IMG/VR virus record: IMGVR_UViG_3300023084_000004
DNA: 64,000 nt
Reading direction: 5' to 3' (one strand)
Source: a virus
A program made the translations under genes and the position numbers. Under the pieces are notes generated by a model. That model was not told where the DNA came from. It did not search any database and saw only the letters and a list, made by a program, of their open reading frames with translations. Positions 28,693-38,848 of this stretch are shown here, one piece after another (the first letter of the stretch is position 1; the number at the start of each line of letters is the position of its first letter).

Positions 28693-31600
28693 TTAAAAAG
28701 TTCCTCCGTCAAGAGTAGTTACGGTGACATCTCCACCTGTAACTGTAAAGTTATTTATGTTAAAGGATGCAATACCAATATTGGTGTTATTTGCTAATTC
28801 GCCAGCAATCAATATTTGATTGTTACTAGCAGTAATATCTATTCCTTCACCTTCTTGGAAGAATAGAGTTTCTCCTAACTGAATAACATCTGTATTTCCA
28901 GTAGGTGCAGATATAGAAATACCGCCTAATGTTAGACTTGTAATTTCTGTATCTACATAATATTTTGTTGCTGCGTCCTGAGCATTTGTAGGATCAACAA
29001 GATTTGTAATTTGTGAATTATTAACATTAACTTCAGATCCATTAGTGTCTATATTTAAAACACTTGGTGTATAGATCTGATTACTTGTAATTCTTAAATC
29101 GTTTCCAACTTCTATGTAATTGCCAACTTCTACAAAATTATCTACATCAATTTCATATAATCTACTTCCTGAACCACTAGGATTTAAATTATATACAATA
29201 TTATTTCTATCTTGAAAAACGTTAGCTCTAAGGTTTCCTGCGACATGGAAATTTCCTTGTGAAATATCAAAATATGCACCTAAAGTAGAGGCTGCATCAA
29301 GGAAACCAATATTTACACCTTGAGAATATAAGTAGTTCCAAGTATTGGAACCAGCTTGCATTGATAGTAAACCAAAACTTTGATCGTAACCAAGTTCTAA
29401 TCTATTAATTCTAGACGTGCCATCAAAATCACCATAAAAAGTATTAGCATCTGCATCTAAAAATCTTGGGGCCGCAATATCACCTGTTGCAGTATCACCA
29501 GCAACTTCTAAATATCTTTGATCTAATGTTGTATATAAATTAGTATAATCAAGCGATGTTGCAATTTCAACGTTTGAGTTATGAACAACAGTATTTGAAC
29601 CAAGTATATCACCAGTTAAATTAATTACGAAATCATTTGTTCTGAAATCAATCTTATCGTTTGCATCATCACCTACTACACTAATACCTAACTCAGTATT
29701 ATTCCTCATCATTTCACCGACAAGGTCGTGTACAGTTTCTGTAAAGTCAGGAATCGCGTTCGCTTGTAATTCTACTGGTATTTCTGTCGCGAATGTAATA
29801 CGACCTTGAGCATCAACTCGAATACGAGGAGTAAATCCATCAGTACCGTATAGGTCTGCGGTTACGCCAGTATCTTCAAGACCGATTTCAAATTCGTTAT
29901 TGGCTAGATCTGTATTTGCACCTAATTCTAAACCTGTACCAATATAAATTCTAGGTGAATCGAGTAAGTCAATTACTCCTGTATTAGCACCATCTGTAAT
30001 GTCTAAGTTCGAACTGAAATTGTCATTAATAAATCTTAAATTAACTGCATCAGAAGGGTTGACAGGATCACCAACACCTGTTATAATATTATTACTAACA
30101 TTAATATTACCGCTTGGATCAAACGTTAAATCAGTATTTGCTGCAGTGGCGATAACACCATTATTAGAAACATAGAATCTTTGTACACCGGCGGTAAAGA
30201 ATTGTAATTCGTCATTATCAGCATTTGGTGAAGTTTCAGCAATAATTTTTGTATCTTGGTCAACGTCAATAACTGAGCCTGCAAGCCCAGCCCAAATATT
30301 TCCGTCATATCCTTCAAACCTAGCATCAGTCGTATTATAACGTAGCATACCAGTCGTAGGTGTAGGTCTATCACTTGTTGAACCTACAGGAATATTTAAT
30401 GCGCCAGTTTCATCTATTGTTATAACACCGCTATCACTCTTAAGTGTAGGTGTAAATACTCTATTCCAATTTTTATTAATAGAACCTAAACTATATGTAA
30501 GTGTTGCGTCTGGAATTAAGTCAGAAGTAAAATCGGCAACAACGTTAATTGTATCTACATTGGCATCACCAATTCGAATATTTCCGCCGAGAGTAAGATT
30601 ACCATGAATGTCTGCATTACCTTCAACCGTAAAAGTATTGGCAGAAAAACGTAATCTATTATCGTCTACTAATTGTCCATTTGCACCAACAAATACAACG
30701 CGATTTTGAGTAAGGCCGGTGAGATTAAGTGTATCAACTTCTAAACTACTGTTAATATCAACAGCACCAGTTGCCCAATCTATAGTAAATTTATCTAGAC
30801 CATCACCAAATTTAAAATCGCCGTCGGTATCTAATCTTAATCTTTCAGTGTTTGCTGTAAAGAATTTTAATTGGTCATTATCACTACCTGGTGTATTTTC
30901 TGCAATAATTTTCGTGTCTTGATCGACATCAATAACACCACCAAGACCTTTCCAAGCAGTTCCATCATATCCTTCAAATTGTTGATCCGAAATATTGAAT
31001 CGAATCATACCACGTTCTGCAGTTGGTCTTTCTGCTGTGGTACCGTCTGGAATTACAATAGCACCAGTAGAATCAAAATTGACTAGACCTTTAAATGTTG
31101 CATCACCAGAATTATAGTCAATAACTAACTTATTAAGATTCGAACCAAAATATAAATCACCATCTGATTGAAGTTGCATTACAACAGTATTTGCAGTATA
31201 GAATTTTAATTGGTCGTTATCTGATCCTGGACTATTTTCAGCAATAATCTTAGTATCTTGATCGACATCAACTACACCACCTAAACCTGTCCATGCTATT
31301 CCATTATATGCTTCAAATCTTGAATCTGATGTATTATAACGAATCATTCCTTGATCTGGTGTTGGTCTTTCTAAAGTTGTACCAACTGGAATAATAAATC
31401 CACCAGAACTATTGACATCTACGACATTTGATGATATAATAAGACTATCGTCTTTTCCATTAATCTGTTCGAAGGTTTGAGTATAATCTATATCAAATCG
31501 AGTGTTATCAGTAAGAGTTAAACCTCTACCATCTAAACCCTTTCCTTGGAATTGTTTGTAGATAATATCGTCAGTATTTAATGCAAATGTTTCTGCATCT

Positions 31601-32667
31601 CCAACTGTTGCAACCCACCCAGTTTGGCCGTTAAGAGTACCATCTGTTACAAATACAAAAGATCCAGGTATTTCGGACAGAGTAAGTCCATACTCTGAGG
31701 TTTCATCAGTATACCGATCTCTCTGGAAAATCCAATCATCAGCTAAGGCGCCAACTTGAATCAACTCATAACGGCCATTCTGTTTAGGGTCAGTCTGGTC
31801 TTTGACTAACAATCCATCACCAAGTTCCCAGTCAGTTACACCATCTATATCGATAACGGCTGCTGGTGATAAATTAATTGTGTCGGAGAAAGAAGAATTA
31901 CCACTAGTATAGGTTCCACCTAAATCTACGGTTGTTGCTGCAAGAACAACATTTCTTGCTAACATATCTAATTGCGCATTATCTACGTATCTTTTGTTAG
32001 CAACATCTTCTGGGTCAACAGGATCTCCGACCTGTCCTAATTCTTGTTCTAAATAGTTAACTGTAACAGCATCTTGTGGAAAAATTGGGTTTTTAAGATT
32101 TGATATTCTGTGATCAGTAACGTTAATAACGTCGTCAACTTCTCCAGGAACTAAACGAATATCATCTACACCTAATATTCCATCTTGTGTTAGAGTAAGT
32201 TCTCCAACATCAACTCTTGTTAAACCAGTAATTTCTGTCGTTGATTCGCCAATAGTTAATGAAGTATTACCTAATGTAATATCTTTTGCTTGAATATTTG
32301 TGCTGTTAGCAGTAAAGTTTAAAGGAGATAAACTTGTATTATAGAAATTTGTGACATGACCAAATTGATCAATATCAACATTTCGTGTAAATTCGAGTAC
32401 ATCATTATTTGTTGAGATTTCAACTGATGTATTTGCGTGGGAAATAACGAGATTAGCAAGTTCAGTATCGCTTTCAGGTGTTACAATGATACCTTGCCCA
32501 GCATCAACTGCTTGAACATATGCACCAATCGTATCAATACCAAGAACAACTGAATCAGGAACGATTACAGGTTTTCTTTCTCCTGGAGCAACGATACTTG
32601 TGGTAGTATCTTGTTTAGGTACTGCTCGAATAGATTTCGAGGAGTTAACCTTAACCTTTATACTCAC
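28693..32667 (-). CDS. Tail fibre/virion structural protein with tandem repeats
   Basis: Three IPxGTTxERP...GMIRYNT...FEGY.G..W.GL.GV.DVDQDTKIIAE repeats; DP...DAA.K.YVD motifs. Confidence 0.75.
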   Translation of the reverse strand: MSIKVKVNSSKSIRAVPKQDTTTSIVAPGERKPVIVPDSVVLGIDTIGAYVQAVDAGQGIIVTPESDTELANLVISHANTSVEISTNNDVLEFTRNVDIDQFGHVTNFYNTSLSPLNFTANSTNIQAKDITLGNTSLTIGESTTEITGLTRVDVGELTLTQDGILGVDDIRLVPGEVDDVINVTDHRISNLKNPIFPQDAVTVNYLEQELGQVGDPVDPEDVANKRYVDNAQLDMLARNVVLAATTVDLGGTYTSGNSSFSDTINLSPAAVIDIDGVTDWELGDGLLVKDQTDPKQNGRYELIQVGALADDWIFQRDRYTDETSEYGLTLSEIPGSFVFVTDGTLNGQTGWVATVGDAETFALNTDDIIYKQFQGKGLDGRGLTLTDNTRFDIDYTQTFEQINGKDDSLIISSNVVDVNSSGGFIIPVGTTLERPTPDQGMIRYNTSDSRFEAYNGIAWTGLGGVVDVDQDTKIIAENSPGSDNDQLKFYTANTVVMQLQSDGDLYFGSNLNKLVIDYNSGDATFKGLVNFDSTGAIVIPDGTTAERPTAERGMIRFNISDQQFEGYDGTAWKGLGGVIDVDQDTKIIAENTPGSDNDQLKFFTANTERLRLDTDGDFKFGDGLDKFTIDWATGAVDINSSLEVDTLNLTGLTQNRVVFVGANGQLVDDNRLRFSANTFTVEGNADIHGNLTLGGNIRIGDANVDTINVVADFTSDLIPDATLTYSLGSINKNWNRVFTPTLKSDSGVITIDETGALNIPVGSTSDRPTPTTGMLRYNTTDARFEGYDGNIWAGLAGSVIDVDQDTKIIAETSPNADNDELQFFTAGVQRFYVSNNGVIATAANTDLTFDPSGNINVSNNIITGVGDPVNPSDAVNLRFINDNFSSNLDITDGANTGVIDLLDSPRIYIGTGLELGANTDLANNEFEIGLEDTGVTADLYGTDGFTPRIRVDAQGRITFATEIPVELQANAIPDFTETVHDLVGEMMRNNTELGISVVGDDANDKIDFRTNDFVINLTGDILGSNTVVHNSNVEIATSLDYTNLYTTLDQRYLEVAGDTATGDIAAPRFLDADANTFYGDFDGTSRINRLELGYDQSFGLLSMQAGSNTWNYLYSQGVNIGFLDAASTLGAYFDISQGNFHVAGNLRANVFQDRNNIVYNLNPSGSGSRLYEIDVDNFVEVGNYIEVGNDLRITSNQIYTPSVLNIDTNGSEVNVNNSQITNLVDPTNAQDAATKYYVDTEITSLTLGGISISAPTGNTDVIQLGETLFFQEGEGIDITASNNQILIAGELANNTNIGIASFNINNFTVTGGDVTVTTLDGGTF
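30180..31420 (-). repeat. Three ~110-aa coding repeats
   Basis: DVDQDTKIIAE occurs three times, each followed by P.[SA]DND.L.F.TA. Confidence 0.8.
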
Positions 32668-32999
32668 GAAACCTCCGTAATAGTGTCAACTACAATCGCT
32701 AAGCCTTCAACTATTTTGGTCAATTCTCCTGTGGTTTTTTCCATGATTACATCATATTGGTATTTACCTGGCTTGAGAGCTGCAGTTTGAGTATCACTCA
32801 AAATAAGTGTGACGTCGTTATTTGCTGTTTTCTCGATTGAAAAGGTCGCAACAGGACTTGCGTCTGAGTATAACTTTTTCATCCCACTGTAGAAATTGTA
32901 GGTTGAGTGAAAAAGCTCTTGGTCGTCTTCGTCGAACAATTCAATTGTTGTTCTGAAATCCGTACCCTTGTCTATGTAAATATTAGCTCTTGATGCCAT
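32664..32999 (-). CDS. Small virion protein (BppU-N-like fibre/baseplate adaptor)
   Basis: RANIYIDKGTDFRTTI...LKPGKYQYDV...KIVEG pattern; preceded by TATAAATA. Confidence 0.6.
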   Translation of the reverse strand: MASRANIYIDKGTDFRTTIELFDEDDQELFHSTYNFYSGMKKLYSDASPVATFSIEKTANNDVTLILSDTQTAALKPGKYQYDVIMEKTTGELTKIVEGLAIVVDTITEVS

Positions 33000-33030
33000 T
33001 GGTGATGAAACCTTCTAAATCTTTATTAGT

Positions 33031-33038
33031 TATTTATA
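33031..33038 (-). promoter_or_regulatory. T4-type late promoter TATAAATA
   Basis: Exact consensus. Confidence 0.8.
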
Positions 33039-33062
33039 AGAAAGGGCATATAAAATGCCCTT
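33039..33062 (-). terminator. Rho-independent terminator-like hairpin
   Basis: 8-bp stem AAGGGCAT/ATGCCCTT with a 5-nt loop and a short U-rich tail, downstream of the collagen-like fibre gene. Confidence 0.65.
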
Positions 33063-33114
33063 CAATGTTTTTATAATTATTGTTGAGCAAGTCACCCTTA
33101 CTGCATAGTATAAA

Positions 33115-36100
33115 TTATTTTGACTTTAATTCGTCAATTTGTTTTTGTTGTTCTTTAATAGCTTCAATCAATAATCCGACAATGTTTCCATAAGAAACTG
33201 ATTTATATCCTTCGCTTGTAAGCCCAACAACTTCAGGAAGAACTTTTTCTACTTCTTGCGCAATTAAACCAATTTCATGTCTTTCGTTATCTATCTTATT
33301 ATATGAAACTCCTCGTAAAGCTTTTACTTTATCAAGCGAACTTTCAAGTGTTTGTATATTTTCTTTTAATCTTTCGTCAGAATTTGTTGTGACGTTACCT
33401 GTTGCTGTAAAATCACCTGTTCCTGTATCGAATGTAAATCTTGTAGTTGTTCCTTCTCTCATTATGAGATCATGAGAGGCGTCAAAATCAATGTACATTG
33501 AAGTACCGTTATCATAGAACTGAACATCTTCACCAGTTCCGAAATATGCTGAACCGCCTCCACCGTTAGAACCATCTTGGAATACAATCTTACCAGAAGA
33601 TACTGTATTTGTAGCGGTTCCATCGAATGAACCACCACCGCCTGATGGCCATGAGGTAATTGTGGATCCACCAAGTGTCATTGATGTTGCTGTTACACTT
33701 ATAAAGTCAGCATTTTCATATATGATAGTATCGGTATTTAAGTTAAGTGTAATATTTCTTGTACCATTGTATCTTACAGAAGACATGATGTATAAGTCAC
33801 GAACACCACTTCCGTTAGTTACAAAGGTTGGCTTCATAGAAGCTGTTGTTTGAAGAACAGAGTTTTGAGTATTAATATCTACAGGATTAACACCTGAAGC
33901 CGAACCAGCTGGACCTTGGAAACCTATTGTACCTTGAGGACCTTGTGTACCGGTCTGACCTTGAAGACCTGAACCAGTAACACCAGAAACACCTTGAATA
34001 CCTTGGAAACCGATATAACCTTGAATACCTCTAAAGCCTTGAACACCAGGTGAACCAGCAAAACCTTGTGGGCCTGCCGAACCTGAACCAAATGCACCTT
34101 GAGTACCAGTATAACCTTGGAAACCTCTAGTACCTTGTGGACCTGCTACACCTGCAGGACCCTGTGTGGCTGCACCAGCTAAACCGTCCGCACCTTGAGG
34201 ACCGGCTGGTCCTTGACCACCTGAAGTACCTTGACCGGAAAAACCTTGAATACCTCTAAAGCCTTGAACACCCTGTGCACCAGCAGTACCTTGTGGACCA
34301 GAACCACCAGAACCACCATCTAGACCTTGCGGACCTTGAATACCTGTTGTTCCTTGGATACCCTGTAAGCCTGTTCCAAATCCACCTTGAACACCTTGGA
34401 ATCCATTTGCACCCTGCGCACCTTGAATACCAGCCCCACCATCGCCACCAACAGTTCCTTGGAAACCTTGGAAACCACGATACCCTTGAACACCAGGAGC
34501 TCCTAAACCAAATGGTCCTTGAACACCTTGAGGTCCTTGAATACCAGTAAGACCTTGAACTCCAGTACCTGTTGTTCCATCAATACCTTGAGGACCTTGC
34601 GTACCTTGAGGACCCACTCCACCTGATCCTTGAGCTCCTATTAAACCTTGTAGACCTAATGGTCCTTGTAAACCTTGAACACCTTGAACACCGATAACAC
34701 CCTGTCCACCAATACCAGATGTTCCTTGAATACCTTGAATACCTTGAGGTCCTGGCGCACCAATTGCACTTGTTCCTTGTAAACCTTGAGGACCTTGTGT
34801 ACCGCCTGAACCATCAGAACCTTGAATACCTTGAATACCTTGAGCACCCGTGGCACCTTGGAAACCACCTGCTCCAACACCACCGATACCTTGAGCACCA
34901 GTTAAACCTTGAATACCTTGAATACCTTGAGCGCCAACACCACCAGGTCCTTGGAAACCACCTGCACCCTGTGCTCCATCAGCACCTTGTAAACCTTGAA
35001 TACCTTGAGGACCAACTCCACCAGTTGCACCATCAGAACCTTGAATACCTGTTGTGCCCTGTAGGCCTTGAATACCTTGTGCACCAGCACCATCGCGACC
35101 TTGTAGACCTTGAATACCTGTTGTGCCTTGTAAACCTTGAACACCTTGAGGTCCAGTTGAACCCGTAGCACCTGTATCACCAGTTCTTGCGAATGTAATT
35201 GTTACGTCTTCGTCATTTGCAAATGTTCCATTACCACTTACAAAAGCACAAGTGATATTAAAATAACCAGTTAATTCTGCTAATGCACTGATCGTAAAGA
35301 TTTGGAATATTTCTGGTTGTGATTTCTTAGTAACTTTAAAGTGTCCTTTAATAGGACTTGTAGAGTCATCAACTGTTCTTATGAATGGCTGAATATCAAC
35401 AAAGTTATCGTCTCTGTCATCAATATACATTGATGTGACAGATGAGTATGAACTATTGTTGAATTTTAAGTAACCAACACCAGGATCGTTATTAATTGTA
35501 TCTGTTGAGAAGGTATAATCGAATGTAACACCACCGAATGAACCTTCAGCACCTTGTAAACCTAATGAACCTTGTAAACCTTGAGGGCCCTGTGTACCAG
35601 CACCAGTTCTTCCTTGTAAACCTTGAACGCCCTGAATACCTTGAATACCTTGAATACCAGCAGGACCGCGTGGAATAAATGTAATTAATGTGGCAGGACC
35701 ATGAACCTGATTAACAGAGATTTCCCAGCTTGTTACATTACCATCTACATAATTAACATCAAAGTAACCGTAGTTCTTAGAACCTGAATCCCAAGTCCAA
35801 TCTGTAATTTCATAAACTAACCAATGGTGACCAGCAGGACCAGACCCATCGTTGTAATTACCTTCTTGAACTTTTAAATAACCTTTAACTGTTCCTGGTT
35901 GAGACGCAATCCAATCTAAGAAATCATCAATCTCTTGAGTATATTGGTCAAGAGGAATATCATCAAGTGTAATTAATGTTGCTAATGTTGGATTAGCATT
36001 ATTGAATTTGAAATTATTTGTACCAGGATCTGTTCCACCAATAATATTATTACTAAAGTTCCATATCCAAGTTAAACCACCATATTGTCCTTGCTCACCC

Positions 36101-38367
36101 TGAAGTCCTTGTAGACCTTGAATACCTGTTGTGCCCTGTAGGCCTTGAATACCTTGTGCACCAGTTGCACCAGCGTTACCCTGTAACCCTTGTAAACCTT
36201 GAATACCAGTCGTTCCTTGAACGCCCTGTACACCTTGAATTGCTTCACCTTGAATACCTTGGAAACCTTGAATACCAGTATCACCTTGGATACCTTTTTC
36301 ACCTTGTACTCCCTGAAGCCCTTGAATACCTTGAATACCTAATAGACCTTGGATACCTTGAATACCCTGTGTACCTTGATCACCAGTTCTTGAGAAGGTT
36401 ACACGAATATCTTCGCCATCTGATAATGAATTAATACCATTCATTTTAGCGACATCAAGTACCCAATAACCTGTTCCATTTACAATGTCATCAATTCTAA
36501 ATGTTACGAAATTATTAACATTAGATGCTTGTATAATTTTTACATAGCCTTTAACACCAGAACTTGAAGCAGCAAGATCGGTCATTAAACCGTCCATTAC
36601 ATTTGTGCTACCATCGTCTTGATCATCGATGTATATTTGCGTTGCTGAAGCAAAGGCGATATTATTAATTCTTAAGAAGCCTATACCAGGATCGGCAGCG
36701 GCTACGTTATCACTATAGGTATAATCATATGTGATTCCACCGAAATCACCTGTGTTACCTTGAACACCTTGTAAACCTGTAATGCCTTGTAAACCTTGAA
36801 CACCTTGAGGTCCTCTTGTACCTTGTGTTCCTTGAATACCAGTATTACCTTGAATACCAGTTGTGCCCTGTGGGCCTTGTAAACCTTGAAGACCCTGTGT
36901 TCCTTGCGGGCCTTGTGTACCTGTAGTACCTTGAATACCAGTTGTACCTTGGATACCTTGCTCACCTTCTTTCATGAAGGAAAGTCTAATATCAGTTCCG
37001 TTAGTTAATCCAGTTACACCTGAAACTCTTACAACATCAAATTGCCAGTAACCTGTTCTGTCTGTAACACCTTCAATTCTGAATAATACTTGGTCATATA
37101 TGTTATTACCGTTAACTGCTCTAACATAACCTTTAATAGGACCACCGACGCCAGCTAATTCAGTGGCGATACCGTCCATAACTCCAACACCGCCATCATC
37201 TTCATCATCAACATACATATAAAGACCAACAGCGGCCAAGTTAGTACTTGAGAATTTAACGATACCAGTTCCTGGATCTGAATCTACTGTATTATTTGAA
37301 TAAGTATAATCATATGTGATACCACCAAAGTCTCCAGTAGCACCTTGAGTACCAGTATCACCTTGAATACCTGTAATGCCTTGAACACCTTGTGGACCAA
37401 TACGTCCTTGTATACCTTGGAAACCTAAATCACCTTGGATACCTGTAATGCCTTGTACACCTTGAGGTCCTCTAAAACCTTGTATACCTTGGAAACCTAA
37501 ATCACCTTGAACACCCTGTGTTCCTTGCCAACCCTGAACACCTTGGAAACCACGGAAACCTCTTTCCCCTTGAATACCTTCATTACCTAAAGGACCTTGA
37601 ACACCTTGAATACCTTGTGGGCCTTGGAAACCTTGAACACCGCGGAATGTACCAATGTTAACCCAAACAGATCCATCATAAACCCAAAGTGTATCGTCAG
37701 ATTGATCAACAACTGCTTGACCTGTTGTTGCACCTGGAAATGCTGTATTTAATGAAGATTGGTCACCAGGACCCGCGATTGAACCGATAATATTAAAACC
37801 AGGACCATAAGAACCTTGTAAACCTTGAGCACCAGTGGCACCTTGGATACCTTGCTGTCCTTGTCCTATTTGACTAACAGGATCAGATGCAAATACCATA
37901 ATAGCAAATGCACTTGATGTAGACGGAGTTGTTACATTACCATTGCTGTCATAGAATGAAGCTTCAAAACCATTTACTGTTTTACTTTGAATTGATACTA
38001 AACGAGCATCATCATTCAATTCACCATCAGTGACAACAGTATAATCAGTATCAGGTTGAGCAGTATCAAAAGTAAAGTCTAATGTGCCATTACCTGCATC
38101 CCAATTCGAAGATGAAATTCCGGTACCTGTAATATTACCTGTTCCGTCAACTCGAATAAATGCGAATGGAAGAATAGCGTCAACTGTGGTTCCTGTACCA
38201 CCGCTTAATAATTCAATCCATTGTGTACCATCAGAAAAATATAATTTATCATTATCAGCATAGACAACCGCACCCTCATAAGCAACTGGGTCGAGTGTAA
38301 TCGGATAGGCTTGAGGATTACCAAAGCCTATTAACTGACTTTTTCCTGTTAGTGTTCCAAAGGACAT
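33115..38367 (-). CDS. Collagen-like (Gly-X-Y) tail fibre with four interspersed globular repeats and a C-terminal S74 chaperone
   Basis: Long GxQ triplet runs; four GG[IVL]T[YFW]..[YF]S...DPG.G inserts; SDERLKENI...GLIAQEVE...YGNIVGLLIEAIKE. Confidence 0.88.
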   Translation of the reverse strand: MSFGTLTGKSQLIGFGNPQAYPITLDPVAYEGAVVYADNDKLYFSDGTQWIELLSGGTGTTVDAILPFAFIRVDGTGNITGTGISSSNWDAGNGTLDFTFDTAQPDTDYTVVTDGELNDDARLVSIQSKTVNGFEASFYDSNGNVTTPSTSSAFAIMVFASDPVSQIGQGQQGIQGATGAQGLQGSYGPGFNIIGSIAGPGDQSSLNTAFPGATTGQAVVDQSDDTLWVYDGSVWVNIGTFRGVQGFQGPQGIQGVQGPLGNEGIQGERGFRGFQGVQGWQGTQGVQGDLGFQGIQGFRGPQGVQGITGIQGDLGFQGIQGRIGPQGVQGITGIQGDTGTQGATGDFGGITYDYTYSNNTVDSDPGTGIVKFSSTNLAAVGLYMYVDDEDDGGVGVMDGIATELAGVGGPIKGYVRAVNGNNIYDQVLFRIEGVTDRTGYWQFDVVRVSGVTGLTNGTDIRLSFMKEGEQGIQGTTGIQGTTGTQGPQGTQGLQGLQGPQGTTGIQGNTGIQGTQGTRGPQGVQGLQGITGLQGVQGNTGDFGGITYDYTYSDNVAAADPGIGFLRINNIAFASATQIYIDDQDDGSTNVMDGLMTDLAASSSGVKGYVKIIQASNVNNFVTFRIDDIVNGTGYWVLDVAKMNGINSLSDGEDIRVTFSRTGDQGTQGIQGIQGLLGIQGIQGLQGVQGEKGIQGDTGIQGFQGIQGEAIQGVQGVQGTTGIQGLQGLQGNAGATGAQGIQGLQGTTGIQGLQGLQGEQGQYGGLTWIWNFSNNIIGGTDPGTNNFKFNNANPTLATLITLDDIPLDQYTQEIDDFLDWIASQPGTVKGYLKVQEGNYNDGSGPAGHHWLVYEITDWTWDSGSKNYGYFDVNYVDGNVTSWEISVNQVHGPATLITFIPRGPAGIQGIQGIQGVQGLQGRTGAGTQGPQGLQGSLGLQGAEGSFGGVTFDYTFSTDTINNDPGVGYLKFNNSSYSSVTSMYIDDRDDNFVDIQPFIRTVDDSTSPIKGHFKVTKKSQPEIFQIFTISALAELTGYFNITCAFVSGNGTFANDEDVTITFARTGDTGATGSTGPQGVQGLQGTTGIQGLQGRDGAGAQGIQGLQGTTGIQGSDGATGGVGPQGIQGLQGADGAQGAGGFQGPGGVGAQGIQGIQGLTGAQGIGGVGAGGFQGATGAQGIQGIQGSDGSGGTQGPQGLQGTSAIGAPGPQGIQGIQGTSGIGGQGVIGVQGVQGLQGPLGLQGLIGAQGSGGVGPQGTQGPQGIDGTTGTGVQGLTGIQGPQGVQGPFGLGAPGVQGYRGFQGFQGTVGGDGGAGIQGAQGANGFQGVQGGFGTGLQGIQGTTGIQGPQGLDGGSGGSGPQGTAGAQGVQGFRGIQGFSGQGTSGGQGPAGPQGADGLAGAATQGPAGVAGPQGTRGFQGYTGTQGAFGSGSAGPQGFAGSPGVQGFRGIQGYIGFQGIQGVSGVTGSGLQGQTGTQGPQGTIGFQGPAGSASGVNPVDINTQNSVLQTTASMKPTFVTNGSGVRDLYIMSSVRYNGTRNITLNLNTDTIIYENADFISVTATSMTLGGSTITSWPSGGGGSFDGTATNTVSSGKIVFQDGSNGGGGSAYFGTGEDVQFYDNGTSMYIDFDASHDLIMREGTTTRFTFDTGTGDFTATGNVTTNSDERLKENIQTLESSLDKVKALRGVSYNKIDNERHEIGLIAQEVEKVLPEVVGLTSEGYKSVSYGNIVGLLIEAIKEQQKQIDELKSK
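33890..37880 (-). repeat. Collagen-like 9-nt-periodic coding repeats
   Basis: Recurrent ACCTTGAAT/ACCTTG units on the + strand encoding GIQ/GVQ/GLQ/GPQ. Confidence 0.9.
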
Positions 38368-38395
38368 TTAAATTATTCTCCGTTAATCATTATAA

Positions 38396-38403
38396 TATTT
38401 ATT
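38396..38403 (-). promoter_or_regulatory. Late promoter variant AATAAATA
   Basis: Intergenic, upstream of GGAG SD and the collagen fibre ATG. Confidence 0.6.
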
Positions 38404-38406
38404 TCA

Positions 38407-38829
38407 TTAAACAACGTCATCTTCCTCAGATTGACCAAGTGTAAATGATAATGTTGAATGTACAGCTAAATCTGTGTCAGCTTTGATTTCTAACGTATCA
38501 CCACTCTTTAAGAATTGGCCATTCAAAGGAATTGGAATTGTTTGATAACCTGGCACAGGCAATAATCTCAAGATATAAAACTCTTGGTTGACATCGTCCC
38601 TATGTACTCTTACGTCAATATTGACTGTGTTTGCGGTTGTGTTACACAAAATTAGAGGTGAAATAACTTCACCAACACCTGGTTCAACAGTTGTTGATCC
38701 ACCAAAAACTAGTTCAGGAACCTCGTACTGAGGAACTTCAATAATGACTTGCCAGTTTGTCGATACTACTAAATTGACGGCAACTGGTTTTGCGTCAGGT
38801 GCCTGAGAAGTTGTAATTGTTGTTGGCAT
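38407..38829 (-). CDS. Hypothetical structural protein, partner of the 3379-aa protein
   Basis: Directly downstream with GGA SD; beta-rich. Confidence 0.65.
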   Translation of the reverse strand: MPTTITTSQAPDAKPVAVNLVVSTNWQVIIEVPQYEVPELVFGGSTTVEPGVGEVISPLILCNTTANTVNIDVRVHRDDVNQEFYILRLLPVPGYQTIPIPLNGQFLKSGDTLEIKADTDLAVHSTLSFTLGQSEEDDVV

Positions 38830-38848
38830 TATTTTATCCTATATTAAT

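Noticed and set aside
28405-28797. 130-aa + strand ORF spanning two fibre genes
   Set aside because: Antisense to two credible genes, with no SD or recognisable motif
33063-33114. Possible + strand sigma70 promoter in the intergenic gap
   Set aside because: A TATAAT is present, but there is no properly spaced -35 and no downstream + strand gene
34275-36965. Alternative-frame and antisense ORFs rich in LEYLE or VFKV
   Set aside because: Frame shadows of the collagen repeat; no SD and no independent features
33890-37880. CRISPR-like or satellite array
   Set aside because: The repeats are 9-nt-periodic, in-frame Gly-X-Gln codons with no unique spacers, and no cas genes are present
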